Assembly: GCA_039815185.1 (NCBI GenBank)
Contig: JBCBZT010000004.1
Location: forward strand, 182,022 to 246,021
Source: Cyanobacteria bacterium P01_A01_bin.123
GTDB taxonomy: Bacteria > Cyanobacteriota > Cyanobacteriia > Phormidesmidales > Phormidesmidaceae
Length of the DNA stretch: 64,000 bases
Reading direction: 5' to 3'
In this document: positions 9,414 to 19,835 of the stretch, in pieces
How positions within the stretch are numbered: position 1 is the first letter of the stretch
Layout of the letters: every line of letters starts with the position of its first letter
Position numbers and translations under genes: made by a program
The notes under the pieces: generated by a model
Databases searched by the model: none
What the model was told of the DNA's origin: nothing
The model's input: only the letters and a program-made list of their open reading frames with translations

Positions 9414-9538
9414 AGCCAGCCTAGGCCGGGATTGGGCGTTTCTTTGTAGCCAAAACTTGGGGTCTTGTTAATAATCACAACTCATCCGGTAACGCTGGGT
9501 AAGACGGTGTTTTCTTGAATAGAGAGCAGGTTGTAACC

Positions 9539-12451
9539 ATGACACATCGTTTCATCCAAAGATTCGGGACTCGATTTGGGGCATTGCTGCTATTAGGACT
9601 GGCGATACCTACTGTGGGGCTGCTCCCAACATCGACAGCGATCGCCCAGGTAAGCACCGACCCCCATCAGCTGCTCCACGACGGCATTAACGCCCTCAAC
9701 CAAGGCAACTATCCCCTTGCGCTACAGCGGTTACAACTGTCTTTGAGTTTGTATCGGCGAGCAGGCGATCGCCTCTATGAAGGTGTTGTCTACAGTTGGC
9801 TGGGTTCGGTCTATGACGAGATGGGGCGCTATGACGACGCGATCGCGGCCCTAGAGCAAGCCTTAGCCATCAGCCAAGCAGTTGAAGATCGAGTCGGCGA
9901 GGGGGTAGCCCTTAATCAAATTGGATTAATTCATCAGCGACGGGGCAATGACGCCGAAGCGCTGGATGCCTACGAACAAGCGCTAGCCATTTTTCAAGAA
10001 ACCGCTGAGACAGAAGGCGAAGCTGCGACTTTGAATAACATCGCCAGCATTTATGATCGCCGTGGAGACTATGCTGACGCCCTTAATACGTACGAACAAG
10101 CCCTAGTGCGCTATCGCCAGTTGGGCAGACGTAGTAGCGAAGCAAATACGCTAAAAGGCATGGGCGTGGTGCACTACAACCAAGCTAACTATGGCCAAGC
10201 CCTAGATCTTTACCAACAGGCTTTGACAATTCAAACGGCGATCGGCGATCGGCGAGAAATAGCCAGCACCCTCAATAACATCGGTGCTGTCCACGCTGAT
10301 TTAGGCGATTATGCTGCCGCCTTCGAGGCTTACACCCACGCCCTAGAAGTGCGACAAGCCTTGGGCGATCGCGCCGGAACAGCGACTACTCTCAACAATA
10401 TTGCGCTACTACAAGCAGCTCAAGGTAACTATGCTGCCGCCCAGGAGGGCTATAACCAAAGTTTAGCCATTGCCCAAGACATGGGCGATCGCCATAGCGA
10501 AAGCATAGTCCTGACAAATTTAGGCAATTTGAGCACGACTCTCGGGCAGTTCGACCGTGCCCTGACCTATCATCAGCAAGCCTTGACCCTACGCCAGACC
10601 CTCGACGATCGCGTTGGTATTGGCAGCACCCTCAACAACATGGGGCGGGTCTACTACCAGCAAGGTCATTATGACGAGGCCCTCAGTGCCTATCGACAAA
10701 GTTTAGCGATTTCCCAAACGATTAACACGCCAGATCGAGAGGCGTCTACCCTGGTTAACATCGGGGCTGTTTACGACAACCTGGGCGACTTTGAGACGTC
10801 TTTGCAACACTATCAGGATGCCTTAGAGATCTTTCAAAATCTAGGTATGCCTGGGTTAGAGAGTGCAACATTAAACAATATTGGCTATGTCTACAGGTTG
10901 CAGGGGAATTATGACCAGGCTATTTCAACCTACGAGGCAGCCCTAGCAATTGCCCAAACCATCGGTGATCGCAGTGGCGCAGCGACGACCCTCAGCAATC
11001 TGGGCATTGTCCAACTATGGAGCCAAAACTTTGAGGCAGCTGAGGAGAATTTATTAGCCGCGATCGCAATCTTGACCAGTTTGCGTAGCCAGGATTTGAG
11101 CGATGACGCCAAAATTAGCCTGTTCGATACTCAAGCTGCTACCTATAAGGCGCTCCAGCAGCTCTATGTCGCCCAAAACCAACCCCAACGGGCACTGGAA
11201 ATTTCTGAACAGGGTCGGACTCGTGCTTTTGTAGATCTGTTGACAACCCGGTTAGACAGTGACTCAGAACAGACTGCCCCCACGATCGCTGCCTCAACTG
11301 CCCCTGACATTGAGTCTATCCGCCGCATCGCGGCCCAACATCAAGCCACCCTAGTGGAATACTCCTGGGTTGATCGCTGCACGCTCTACATTTGGGTAGT
11401 GCAACCTGACGGCACCGTCGATTTTCGCCAGGCAGGAGAGTTAGATGAAACGGTGCCCGTAAGTCAGGCAGTGGCCACTGCCTCGTCTCAAGCGCGCTCA
11501 GCCTGCGTGCGTCGAGGCGTTGGTGTAATTGCGGCTGAGGAACTTGAAAATGCTGACGACAGTGCCTTGCAGACCTTACATCAAATCTTGATCGACCCGA
11601 TCGCCGATTTGCTCCCGACCGATCCAGACGATCACGTCATCTTTATTCCCCATGAGGAACTGTTTTTGGTGCCGTTTCCTGCGCTTCAAAGTCCCTCGGG
11701 GCGTTACTTGATTGAGGACCACACCCTACTGACCGCCCCGTCGATTCAGGTACTCGATCTGACTGCTCAGCGCCAAGCGGCGATCGCCCAAGCCAGTTCT
11801 GTTCAACCCGCTGGAGCTAGGCCTTTAATTGTGGGTAATCCCACCATGCCTAGCCTTGAGTCACCCTTATCGTCTCGCGCAGAACCGCTAGCACCCCTGC
11901 CTGGAGCCGAAGCCGAAGCCAACGCGATCGCAGCCCTGCTGGATACCACCGCCATTACAGGCCAACAAGCTACGGAATCCTTCATCAAAGCACAGCTCGA
12001 AACAGCCCCGATTATCCATTTGGCTACCCATGGTCTCTTGGATTACGGGGTGACAGCAACCTCAGATGGGGTAACCATACCGGGCGCGATCGCCCTTGCC
12101 CCCAGTACCACTGAAGACGGTCTGCTCACCGCCCGCGAAATTCTGGGATTGTCTACCCAGGCAGATTTAGTCGTGCTGAGCGCTTGTGACACTGGCTTGG
12201 GGACGATTACGGGAGACGGTGTCGTGGGGCTAGCCCGCGCTTGGATTGCAGCCGGTACCCCCAGCCTTGTGGTGTCTCTGTGGTTAGTCCCCGATGCCCC
12301 TACCGCCATCCTGATGACCGAGTTTTATCGCCAGCAACAATCAGGCCTTGATAAGGCTCAAGCCTTACGTCAAGCCATGCTGCACACGATGGCTAGCAAT
12401 CCTGAACCCCGCGACTGGGCTGCGTTTACCCTCATTGGCGAGGCCCAATGA
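9539..12451 (+). CDS. Secreted TPR-repeat CHAT-domain (caspase/HetF-like) protease
   Basis: Signal peptide, about 12 TPRs (TLNNIG..Y...G.Y..AL..Y.QAL), CHAT dyad IIHLATHG / VVLSACDTG, C-terminal WAAFTLIG. Confidence 0.95.
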   Translation: MTHRFIQRFGTRFGALLLLGLAIPTVGLLPTSTAIAQVSTDPHQLLHDGINALNQGNYPLALQRLQLSLSLYRRAGDRLYEGVVYSWLGSVYDEMGRYDDAIAALEQALAISQAVEDRVGEGVALNQIGLIHQRRGNDAEALDAYEQALAIFQETAETEGEAATLNNIASIYDRRGDYADALNTYEQALVRYRQLGRRSSEANTLKGMGVVHYNQANYGQALDLYQQALTIQTAIGDRREIASTLNNIGAVHADLGDYAAAFEAYTHALEVRQALGDRAGTATTLNNIALLQAAQGNYAAAQEGYNQSLAIAQDMGDRHSESIVLTNLGNLSTTLGQFDRALTYHQQALTLRQTLDDRVGIGSTLNNMGRVYYQQGHYDEALSAYRQSLAISQTINTPDREASTLVNIGAVYDNLGDFETSLQHYQDALEIFQNLGMPGLESATLNNIGYVYRLQGNYDQAISTYEAALAIAQTIGDRSGAATTLSNLGIVQLWSQNFEAAEENLLAAIAILTSLRSQDLSDDAKISLFDTQAATYKALQQLYVAQNQPQRALEISEQGRTRAFVDLLTTRLDSDSEQTAPTIAASTAPDIESIRRIAAQHQATLVEYSWVDRCTLYIWVVQPDGTVDFRQAGELDETVPVSQAVATASSQARSACVRRGVGVIAAEELENADDSALQTLHQILIDPIADLLPTDPDDHVIFIPHEELFLVPFPALQSPSGRYLIEDHTLLTAPSIQVLDLTAQRQAAIAQASSVQPAGARPLIVGNPTMPSLESPLSSRAEPLAPLPGAEAEANAIAALLDTTAITGQQATESFIKAQLETAPIIHLATHGLLDYGVTATSDGVTIPGAIALAPSTTEDGLLTAREILGLSTQADLVVLSACDTGLGTITGDGVVGLARAWIAAGTPSLVVSLWLVPDAPTAILMTEFYRQQQSGLDKAQALRQAMLHTMASNPEPRDWAAFTLIGEAQ

Positions 12452-12618
12452 GGAACTCAACTTAAGGTGAGATACTGTGTGCTGGCACTAATCAAACCTT
12501 GGCATTGGCAGGCATGGTCGTTATCGTATCTCCGTTTCTGGTTTTCGAGACATCACTTGAGTCAAGGTGATCCGGTGTCCATTACACTGGAAACGGTATA
12601 CCTCAATGGATTGGACAC

Positions 12619-13047
12619 ATGATGGGGCATCGGCTAGGACGCACTGCGATTGGCATTTTGCTTGTCGTTACCTTGAGTGCCTGTAGTTTGTTGGGGCAAA
12701 ATCCACCCAAAGAGATCATTGAAAATGCGATCGCGCTCCAGCTAAGCCAAACCCAGCAAGCTTTATCCCAGCAGCTGACCCCCAGTGCCAAAGCCACCCC
12801 CAGGGTTGAGGTGAGTCGGGTTAAGGTGCGCCAACGGCAAGCTACTCAGCTCAATACCTACACCGTATATCGGGTTACAGGCACCTGCGATCTGCAACTC
12901 ACTTTCCCAAATCGCCGCGTGACCGAAACCGCCACGCCTTTTGAAGTGTATGTCCAACCTGGCTCTGCTAAGGCCACCTGGCTATTGGCCCATCCTGAAG
13001 CTGGTGCTGAGTCAGACACAACGACTTGGAAAACTTATCCTATTTGA
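12619..13047 (+). CDS. Conserved cyanobacterial lipoprotein
   Basis: Lipobox LSAC after a hydrophobic stretch; AIALQL..TQ..L.QQL and Y.V.G..DL...PFEVY motifs. Confidence 0.8.
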   Translation: MMGHRLGRTAIGILLVVTLSACSLLGQNPPKEIIENAIALQLSQTQQALSQQLTPSAKATPRVEVSRVKVRQRQATQLNTYTVYRVTGTCDLQLTFPNRRVTETATPFEVYVQPGSAKATWLLAHPEAGAESDTTTWKTYPI

Positions 13048-13292
13048 TAACCCAAATTCGGTGGAGGCTTATGCTCCTCTCAGTTTTACTGGGACTTTAC
13101 AAGAGATTGACTCAAACTTGATGCGCTAGTCTATGAGGTCAGCTTTTATAGAAGAGAGAATGCTGATGTTTCTAGGGCATGCTAGTAAAGATATTACGGA
13201 AGTTAGACTTCTGCCATTGATGTCACTGTCTAGTCCTACCCCATAACACTGTCTAATTTAGATCTTATCCTTCTATCAGCGAATAGAATCCT

Positions 13293-14225
13293 ATGTCAAT
13301 GCCCCGAATTTCTGCCATTATTTGTACGCACAATCGGGATGCTTATTTAGGTGCAGCCATTGATAGCCTGCTGAATCAAGATTGTGCTGACTATGAAGTC
13401 ATTGTGATTGACAATGCCTCCACTGATAAAACTCGTGCAGTGGTTGAAACCCGATTATCTGATCCACGGTTGACCTACATCTACGAGGCAACTTTGGGCC
13501 TGTCGGTGGCCCGCAATACGGGGGCAAACGCTGCAAAAGCAGATATTTTGGCCTATCTTGATGATGATGCTGAAGCCAGTCAGGGCTGGTTGTCAGCATT
13601 GCTGCAGGCTTATGATGAGAACGAAAAGCTCGCGATCGCTGGGGGAAAAGTTACCCTAATCTGGCCCCCTGGGACAACCTCTCCTTCCTGGCTATCGGTA
13701 GAGTTATCTGGAAGTTTAGGGGCCTATGATTTGGGTGATGAGGTAGTGTATATCCAAAAGCCAGGGTTAACCCCACGTGGGCTCAACTACTCCCTCCGAA
13801 GCAGCTTTTTGGAATCCGTTGGGGGATTTGATGCGAACTTGGGTCGAGTGGGCAAAAATCTATTGTCCAACGAAGAATTACATATGACCCAGTTAGCCTT
13901 AGAACAAGGTTGGCAAGTGGCCTATCTACCCAACGCCCTTGCTGCTCATAATGTCTCCCCTGCTCGCATGAAACGGTCTTGGCACTTAAGTCGCAGTTGG
14001 TGGCAAGGCATTAGTGAGTGCTACCGTGAACAACTTGCCGGACGCACTGGTGTAGGGCAACTGCGTCGGGGTGGAGAAAGAATGGTGCGGGGTCTCTATA
14101 AAACTGTCAAATATTTGAGAGACCCTGCTGAGTGCTTTGCTAACTTCGCCTATGCTTATGGTCAAGTTGGGTATCTGATTAGCGCTATTCGGGGCATGGT
14201 AATGCCTCCTGCCGCCACCGAGTAG
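13293..14225 (+). CDS. Glycosyltransferase family 2
   Basis: ISAIICTHNR, VIDNASTD, GLSVARN.G, YLDDD, GFD..LGR. Confidence 0.95.
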   Translation: MSMPRISAIICTHNRDAYLGAAIDSLLNQDCADYEVIVIDNASTDKTRAVVETRLSDPRLTYIYEATLGLSVARNTGANAAKADILAYLDDDAEASQGWLSALLQAYDENEKLAIAGGKVTLIWPPGTTSPSWLSVELSGSLGAYDLGDEVVYIQKPGLTPRGLNYSLRSSFLESVGGFDANLGRVGKNLLSNEELHMTQLALEQGWQVAYLPNALAAHNVSPARMKRSWHLSRSWWQGISECYREQLAGRTGVGQLRRGGERMVRGLYKTVKYLRDPAECFANFAYAYGQVGYLISAIRGMVMPPAATE

Positions 14226-14516
14226 TTTACAGGTGTCATCTGCTGGGTGGGTTCCAAAAACCTCAGAGTGGGCCAATTTAACTCATTGCGGTCTGTTATG
14301 CCCTGATCTTAGCGTCAACTGCATGTGAAATGGATCAACATGGTAATCAAAGTCCTGAAAAATCGAGATGACGAGATGACTTGTTCATGATTGCTTGAAT
14401 TTTTAGCTTATTTTTTGTCGAAACAAGCTTACTGACAGTGAAATTGGGCATGCTTAGGCCAGTCCTGATTTATGTGACCGCTGTTCGCCAGTCCATTGCC
14501 ATTTACCCTAACTGCT

Positions 14517-15479
14517 ATGACTGTGGTATCCAAAGTCCCCGTTTCCGTTCTAATCCCCGCCAAGAACGAGGAAGAAAATCTCCCCGCTTGCTTGGAGAGT
14601 GTCGCTAAAGCCGATGAGATTTTTGTCGTAGATTCCCAAAGTGACGATCGCTCGGTAGAAATCTCCGAAAACTTTGGGGCAAACGTAGAACAGTTTCATT
14701 TCAACGGACGCTGGCCTAAGAAAAAGAACTGGTCTCTAGAAAATTTGCCTTTCCGTAACGACTGGGTTTTGATCGTCGACTGTGACGAGCGGATTACACC
14801 TGAGCTTTGGGATGAAATTGAAGTTGCCATTCAAGATCCTGAGCACAGTGGCTATTATCTCAACCGACGCGTCTTTTTCCTCGGCAAATGGATTCGCTAC
14901 GGGGGCAAATATCCCGACTGGAATCTACGGCTGTTCCGCCACCGTCAGGGTCGCTACGAAAATCTCAACACTGAAGAAATTCGCAACACGGGCGATAACG
15001 AAGTCCATGAACACGTGGTAGTCGAGTCTGGTAAAGTAGGCTACCTCAAAGCAGACATGCTGCACATTGATTTCCGCGACATGTACCATTGGTTGGCCCG
15101 CCACAATCGCTATTCCAACTGGGAGGCTCGGGTTTACTACAACCTACTGACGGGCATGGCCGATGATGGGACTATCGGAGCCAACTTGTTTGGTGATTCG
15201 GTGCAGCGAAAGCGCTTTTTGAAAAAGATTTGGGTGCGGTTGCCGTTCAAACCGCTTTTGCGATTTATCTTGTTCTACTTTATTCGGTTGGGCTTTTTGG
15301 ACGGCCGGGCTGGGTATATTTATGGCCGATTAATCAGCCAGTATGAATATCAAATTGGCGTCAAGCTCTACGAACTGAAACAGTTTGGCGGTCATCTTAA
15401 TGTCAAAGCTGCAGCTGCTGCTCAGTCTGAAACGCCTGTGACACAAAAACCCCTGGCCCAAGCTCAACCAGACGCCTAG
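14517..15479 (+). CDS. Glycosyltransferase family 2
   Basis: VSVLIPAKNEE, VVDSQS.D, WVLIVDCDE, YPDWNLRLF, VHEH. Confidence 0.95.
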   Translation: MTVVSKVPVSVLIPAKNEEENLPACLESVAKADEIFVVDSQSDDRSVEISENFGANVEQFHFNGRWPKKKNWSLENLPFRNDWVLIVDCDERITPELWDEIEVAIQDPEHSGYYLNRRVFFLGKWIRYGGKYPDWNLRLFRHRQGRYENLNTEEIRNTGDNEVHEHVVVESGKVGYLKADMLHIDFRDMYHWLARHNRYSNWEARVYYNLLTGMADDGTIGANLFGDSVQRKRFLKKIWVRLPFKPLLRFILFYFIRLGFLDGRAGYIYGRLISQYEYQIGVKLYELKQFGGHLNVKAAAAAQSETPVTQKPLAQAQPDA

Positions 15480-15496
15480 GCACCCCATTAGCATAT

Positions 15497-16147
15497 ATGG
15501 AATCTCCCTTGTCCCAATCTGACACCGATCGGGCCGTTTCGACCACGGCAGAATCCGATTGGGGAGCTCCTCCTCTGGTGGATCTGAGACAATACGATCA
15601 GTCTTGGTATAATCCAGGGCGTCCCCGCTGGGTAATTTTGCTGTGGTGGTTGGTTCAAGCAATCGCATTTCCGTTGACCCTCCATGCCCACCATGCTCCT
15701 CGCCGTGCCTTACTTAAGCTGTTTGGGGCGAAAGTTGGCAAGGGGGTGATTATCCGTCCTACAGCGCGATTTACCTACCCGTGGAATGTGGAAATTGGCG
15801 ACTACAGTTGGGTGGGGGATGATGTAGTGTTCTACAGCTTAGATAAGATCCGGATAGGTTGTCACTGTGTTATTTCCCAAGAGACCTACCTGTGCACAGG
15901 GAGTCATGATGCTAGTGACCCCGCTTTTGGCCTCGTGACCGGCCCCATCACGATTGAAAATGGCGTGTGGATCGCCACTGATTGCTTCATCGGCCTCGAT
16001 GTACGCATTGGTGCTAATGCCCTAGTGGGGGCCCGCAGCAGTGTGTTTAATGATTTACCACCGCTGCAAATTTGTCTGGGCTCACCCTGTCGCCCGAAGC
16101 GGCTACGCACGGTTGAAACCTCTAGGGTGCTCAAAGATCAGGTTTAA
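15497..16147 (+). CDS. hpsU: WcaF/HpsU-like polysaccharide acetyltransferase (hexapeptide repeat)
   Basis: VDLRQYDQSWY..GRP.W.ILLWWLVQAIAFPLT N-terminus and LCTGSHD, as recalled for cyanobacterial HpsU/WcaF proteins. Confidence 0.75.
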   Translation: MESPLSQSDTDRAVSTTAESDWGAPPLVDLRQYDQSWYNPGRPRWVILLWWLVQAIAFPLTLHAHHAPRRALLKLFGAKVGKGVIIRPTARFTYPWNVEIGDYSWVGDDVVFYSLDKIRIGCHCVISQETYLCTGSHDASDPAFGLVTGPITIENGVWIATDCFIGLDVRIGANALVGARSSVFNDLPPLQICLGSPCRPKRLRTVETSRVLKDQV

Positions 16148-16240
16148 TAGAGCTCCAAATGGCCCTGTTACTCAATGAATCGATTGAATTCGGGCAAGCC
16201 CTCTAGGGGCGTAAGCACGGCGTGTATTTCGAGCACCATA

Positions 16241-16345
16241 TATAGCGCTGGCCAGATTGCTTAATGCACCGAGTATCGCCAGGATGCTGAGTCCACAAGC
16301 AATCTGGCTCGCGGTAGCGCACAAAACTTTGTGGCTACCGCTATA
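16241..16345 (+). mobile_element. 105-bp MITE-like dispersed repeat, copy 1
   Basis: TATAGCG...CGCTATA termini; internal inverted repeat GCCAGATTGCTT...AAGCAATCTGGC; near-identical to the reverse complement of 59643-59747. Confidence 0.8.
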
Positions 16346-16377
16346 CTTCGAGCGCTATAGCTGTAGATTCTGTTTTC

Positions 16378-19086
16378 CTACTCCACATTTCTTCTAAATT
16401 GATTGCTGGTTTCCAGATCGGGCAAATTGGCCGCGATCGCATCAATTAGGCTCTGCCCGTCAAGATGACTATCGGTCAACAGCACATCTTTCACGATAAT
16501 GTCTGCCATCGGACCAATTAGGTTAGCCAGTTCTTGACGACAGCGGTTGATCAGCATCGTCTGGTCATTCACCATCGTGGCATCAGCCGATACTGTGGGG
16601 TTATTCAACACGGTGTCGTCATTAGTGTCGTCATTTAAAGCCGGATTAATTGCTGTTGGCGGCATCACCGGATTAATTGCCGTTGGCGGCATCGCTTGGG
16701 CGTGACTTTTGAATGGCGAATTGATCAAATTGATCAGCCCACCGAATAGTTCATCGTCTAAGGTGTCGTCATAGTTGGAAAAATCGATGAATCCTGACAA
16801 AGTGATAGATAGATCGGCTAAGGCAGTCTCATCAACAACATGGGGTTGCTCTCCCCTAGGCTGCATCAGCAGCATTGAGGGATCTTGCTTAACATGGGTC
16901 AATCGAGCCGATAGGGCGCGAATTACAAACGTATGGAGAACATTCGCTAAAGCCGGTTCATCCGCTTCCATCTGCATCAAGGCAGCTTGATCAAGCTTAT
17001 AGAGGCAGCTAGACCGTTCAGCCAAAATCGATGCTGAACGAGGGGCTTGGGTATAGAGCCCCATTTCACCCAGCACAGCCCCTGGTCCAAAGGAGCGTAA
17101 TCGACGCGTTGACCCATCTGGCATCTCCAGCAAAACATTGAGTTGCCCGGACGCCACAAAATAAAGGCTGTCGGAGTAATCGCCCTGATTAAATAAATAC
17201 TGCCTGGCTTCGAGGTTGACTTTTTGGAGATATTCCAAAAACAAGGCAATTTGACTGTCGTTATTAAACAAACCACTCAACCGCAGGACTGATGACTCAG
17301 CAGGCAGTAGATTTTGACTGGCGGTTTCAAGCAGCCTGTTTTCGCACCACTCTATTCCCCGATCTAGGTCGGGGAAGCGTTCAACTTGCCTTGACGCTTG
17401 AAAAGCACTGCCCTGCTCTAGGAGATGCCAGATGTCATCTGATGGAGCCGTAAACAGCAGGGTCAATTCGTTATGTTCAGCTAACTGGCGCAGTTTGCTG
17501 AAGATCACCACTGCTGAGGCATCTAGCCCAGTGACTAATCGAAAATCAAAGACGATGAACTCGAGGGGGGCGTGATCGATAAGCTGCAACCGCGATCGCA
17601 CCAGTTGTAGCAAATTATTGACAGTGCCAAAAAAGAGAAAGCCTTGCAGTTCAAGGATGTGGATTTGTTCACCGTGTTGCCTCAACCACCGCTCTTGATG
17701 TGAGGTCCGCTCTACGTTGCTTCTATAATCACGCCCGGTCAACACGCGACGGGTGGTCGCAACCTGGCTATAGCGCAGTACAAAGACCAAGGCTGCTACC
17801 ACCAAGCCGCCGCTAATACCACGCAGTAAACCCGCTGTGGCAATAATGCCCAAAATCAGCAGCACCGTAAAATAATCGGCCCTGGGCATTTTGGTGCGAG
17901 ACTCAATCCCCCATTCAAACAGGAGGCCCAGCCCTAGATATACCAGCACCCCACCCACAATGGCACGCGGAATCATCCCTAATACAGAAATGCCAAATAG
18001 TAGGGTGAGTGCAAACACCCCCGCTGCAGTGAGCCCGACCAGTCGACTTCTGCCGCCCATGCGCCACGCCAGAATAGAGCTTTTGAGGGAAAAACTGCCT
18101 GCTACCCCGCCAGTGAAACCACTCAGGCAATTCGCAACTCCGACGGTAAAGAGTTCTCGCTTGAGGTTACCTTCCCGATCGGTAATCACTTCTAACCCAA
18201 CTGCATTGAGCAACAGGGATAGGGCCGAGAGCGTCATCAAGGTCAGTAGGCTGCCTGCCTGTTGACGCAGCGCAGACCACTGAATTTGCCCGACAGAGAC
18301 ACCCTCTAGGGTTTGCCAAAATCCCCCCTGATTAAACGGGCCGAGCAGCAGCCCCTGGCTCTCGGCGGTGCCCACAGAGACATTGAGTAGCAACAAGGTC
18401 AGATAAAACAGTGCGATCGCGCCTAGTACACTCACGGGGATCAAGATAGGTCGATTAAGGCGTCTTACCATGAGCATCAGCCACCCGGCCAGCAATGCTC
18501 CGGGCAGCCAGCGTAATAAGGTATCCGGGTTGAGCATTAGAATTACCATTGCTTTCCCCAAGGGCTCCCGCAGCATAAACTTGAACCCCCCCTCGACTAG
18601 CAAAAACCCTATCCCAGCCAGGAAACCACCAACGATCGGAAAAGGGATATACCGAATTACCTTATCGAGTTTGAAAGGACTCAAAATCAGCAAAAAGATG
18701 CCGGTTAGCAGAGAACCCAAAGCAATGGCAGCCAAAATTGTGGGGAGTATCGCTTCTGGCATTGCTACCGCCGTCAGCTGAGTCCCAATTGCAGCCGCCA
18801 TTACCGCCAGAATCGTGACTTGCTCAGGCTGAGGGTTGCCAATCGCAATAGGAAAAGAACTCCCGAGTGCAGTAATAATCCGAATCAGAAAGTTGCTGAG
18901 CAGCATAATGCCGATGCCAACCGGAAGATAGGCATCGAGCTCAGCCGAGAAAATCAGACCTGCCAGAGAAATAGCACTCAAGACAGAAATAGTCCCGGTC
19001 AGTAGACCCGCTAAAATATCGTTCAGCGTTTGCCGAACTGGGGATGCCATTACTTGAGCAGCATTGCTGGAGGTGGAGGGTGCCAT
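16378..19086 (-). CDS. SulP/SLC26 anion transporter with STAS and cyclic-nucleotide-binding domains plus a C-terminal extension
   Basis: RYIPFPIVGGFLAGIG, LQGFLFFGT, DFRLVTGLDASA, DLDRGIEWCEN, LGEMGLY..APRSA. Confidence 0.93.
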   Translation of the reverse strand: MAPSTSSNAAQVMASPVRQTLNDILAGLLTGTISVLSAISLAGLIFSAELDAYLPVGIGIMLLSNFLIRIITALGSSFPIAIGNPQPEQVTILAVMAAAIGTQLTAVAMPEAILPTILAAIALGSLLTGIFLLILSPFKLDKVIRYIPFPIVGGFLAGIGFLLVEGGFKFMLREPLGKAMVILMLNPDTLLRWLPGALLAGWLMLMVRRLNRPILIPVSVLGAIALFYLTLLLLNVSVGTAESQGLLLGPFNQGGFWQTLEGVSVGQIQWSALRQQAGSLLTLMTLSALSLLLNAVGLEVITDREGNLKRELFTVGVANCLSGFTGGVAGSFSLKSSILAWRMGGRSRLVGLTAAGVFALTLLFGISVLGMIPRAIVGGVLVYLGLGLLFEWGIESRTKMPRADYFTVLLILGIIATAGLLRGISGGLVVAALVFVLRYSQVATTRRVLTGRDYRSNVERTSHQERWLRQHGEQIHILELQGFLFFGTVNNLLQLVRSRLQLIDHAPLEFIVFDFRLVTGLDASAVVIFSKLRQLAEHNELTLLFTAPSDDIWHLLEQGSAFQASRQVERFPDLDRGIEWCENRLLETASQNLLPAESSVLRLSGLFNNDSQIALFLEYLQKVNLEARQYLFNQGDYSDSLYFVASGQLNVLLEMPDGSTRRLRSFGPGAVLGEMGLYTQAPRSASILAERSSCLYKLDQAALMQMEADEPALANVLHTFVIRALSARLTHVKQDPSMLLMQPRGEQPHVVDETALADLSITLSGFIDFSNYDDTLDDELFGGLINLINSPFKSHAQAMPPTAINPVMPPTAINPALNDDTNDDTVLNNPTVSADATMVNDQTMLINRCRQELANLIGPMADIIVKDVLLTDSHLDGQSLIDAIAANLPDLETSNQFRRNVE

Positions 19087-19262
19087 AGCCTGCCAGAATT
19101 CGGGGACAGTATCGACTAGCCTTATTTAGGCATTTTAGGCATTAAACCTTACTAGAATAGGATAGATTCATGGTCACTCCTATTCCAGATCAAACTGGAT
19201 TGACACCATTCCATTAGATAGTGAAACCTTGGCCACATCCAGCTTGAGCCAAAAGCTCGTGC

Positions 19263-19766
19263 TTAACGCCCGTTCCCGCATGGGAAGACTTCCCAGCTGA
19301 CTTCCGCGAGACTTTTCAAGCCTTTCGTACCCCTGAGGTTGGTTGGGAGATGATTGTCAATCAAAATATTTTTGTCGAAAAAATCTTGCCCGGTGGGATC
19401 ATGCGGCCTTTAACTGACGCCGAGATGGATTTCTACCGTGCCCCTTATCAGCAAATCGCTAGCCGTAAACCCGTTTGGCGCTGGCCCAATGAGATTCCAA
19501 TTGCAGGGGAACCGGCGGATGTGGTTGGCATTGTCAATGACTACAATGCCAAGCTACAGCAGTCTGATCTTCCTAAACTGCTGTTCACTGTAAATCCTGG
19601 CGTGTTGTTACCAGCTCCAATAGTTGCCTGGTGTCAGCAACATCTCAAAAATCTTACCATCGTTGATTTAGGTGCTGGACTGCACTTTGTACAAGAAGAT
19701 CTTGTACAAGAAGATCATCCCCACGAGATTGGGACAGCCCTAGCCAAGTGGTATCAGGCTCTTTAG
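19263..19766 (+). pseudogene. Haloalkane dehalogenase, C-terminal remnant
   Basis: PVPAWEDFPADFRETFQAFRTPEVG...QNIFVEKILP...WRWPNEIPIAGEPADV...LPKLLF...GLHFVQED resembles DhaA. The N-terminal part with the nucleophile Asp is absent (in-frame TGA at 19245), and there is a 15-bp tandem duplication at 19687-19716. Confidence 0.85.
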
Positions 19767-19835
19767 ATGACGAGATGACGTTCTGGATTCTGAATTTTCA
19801 TTTCAGGATAATGTCCCGTTTCAAGTTGCTAGCGC

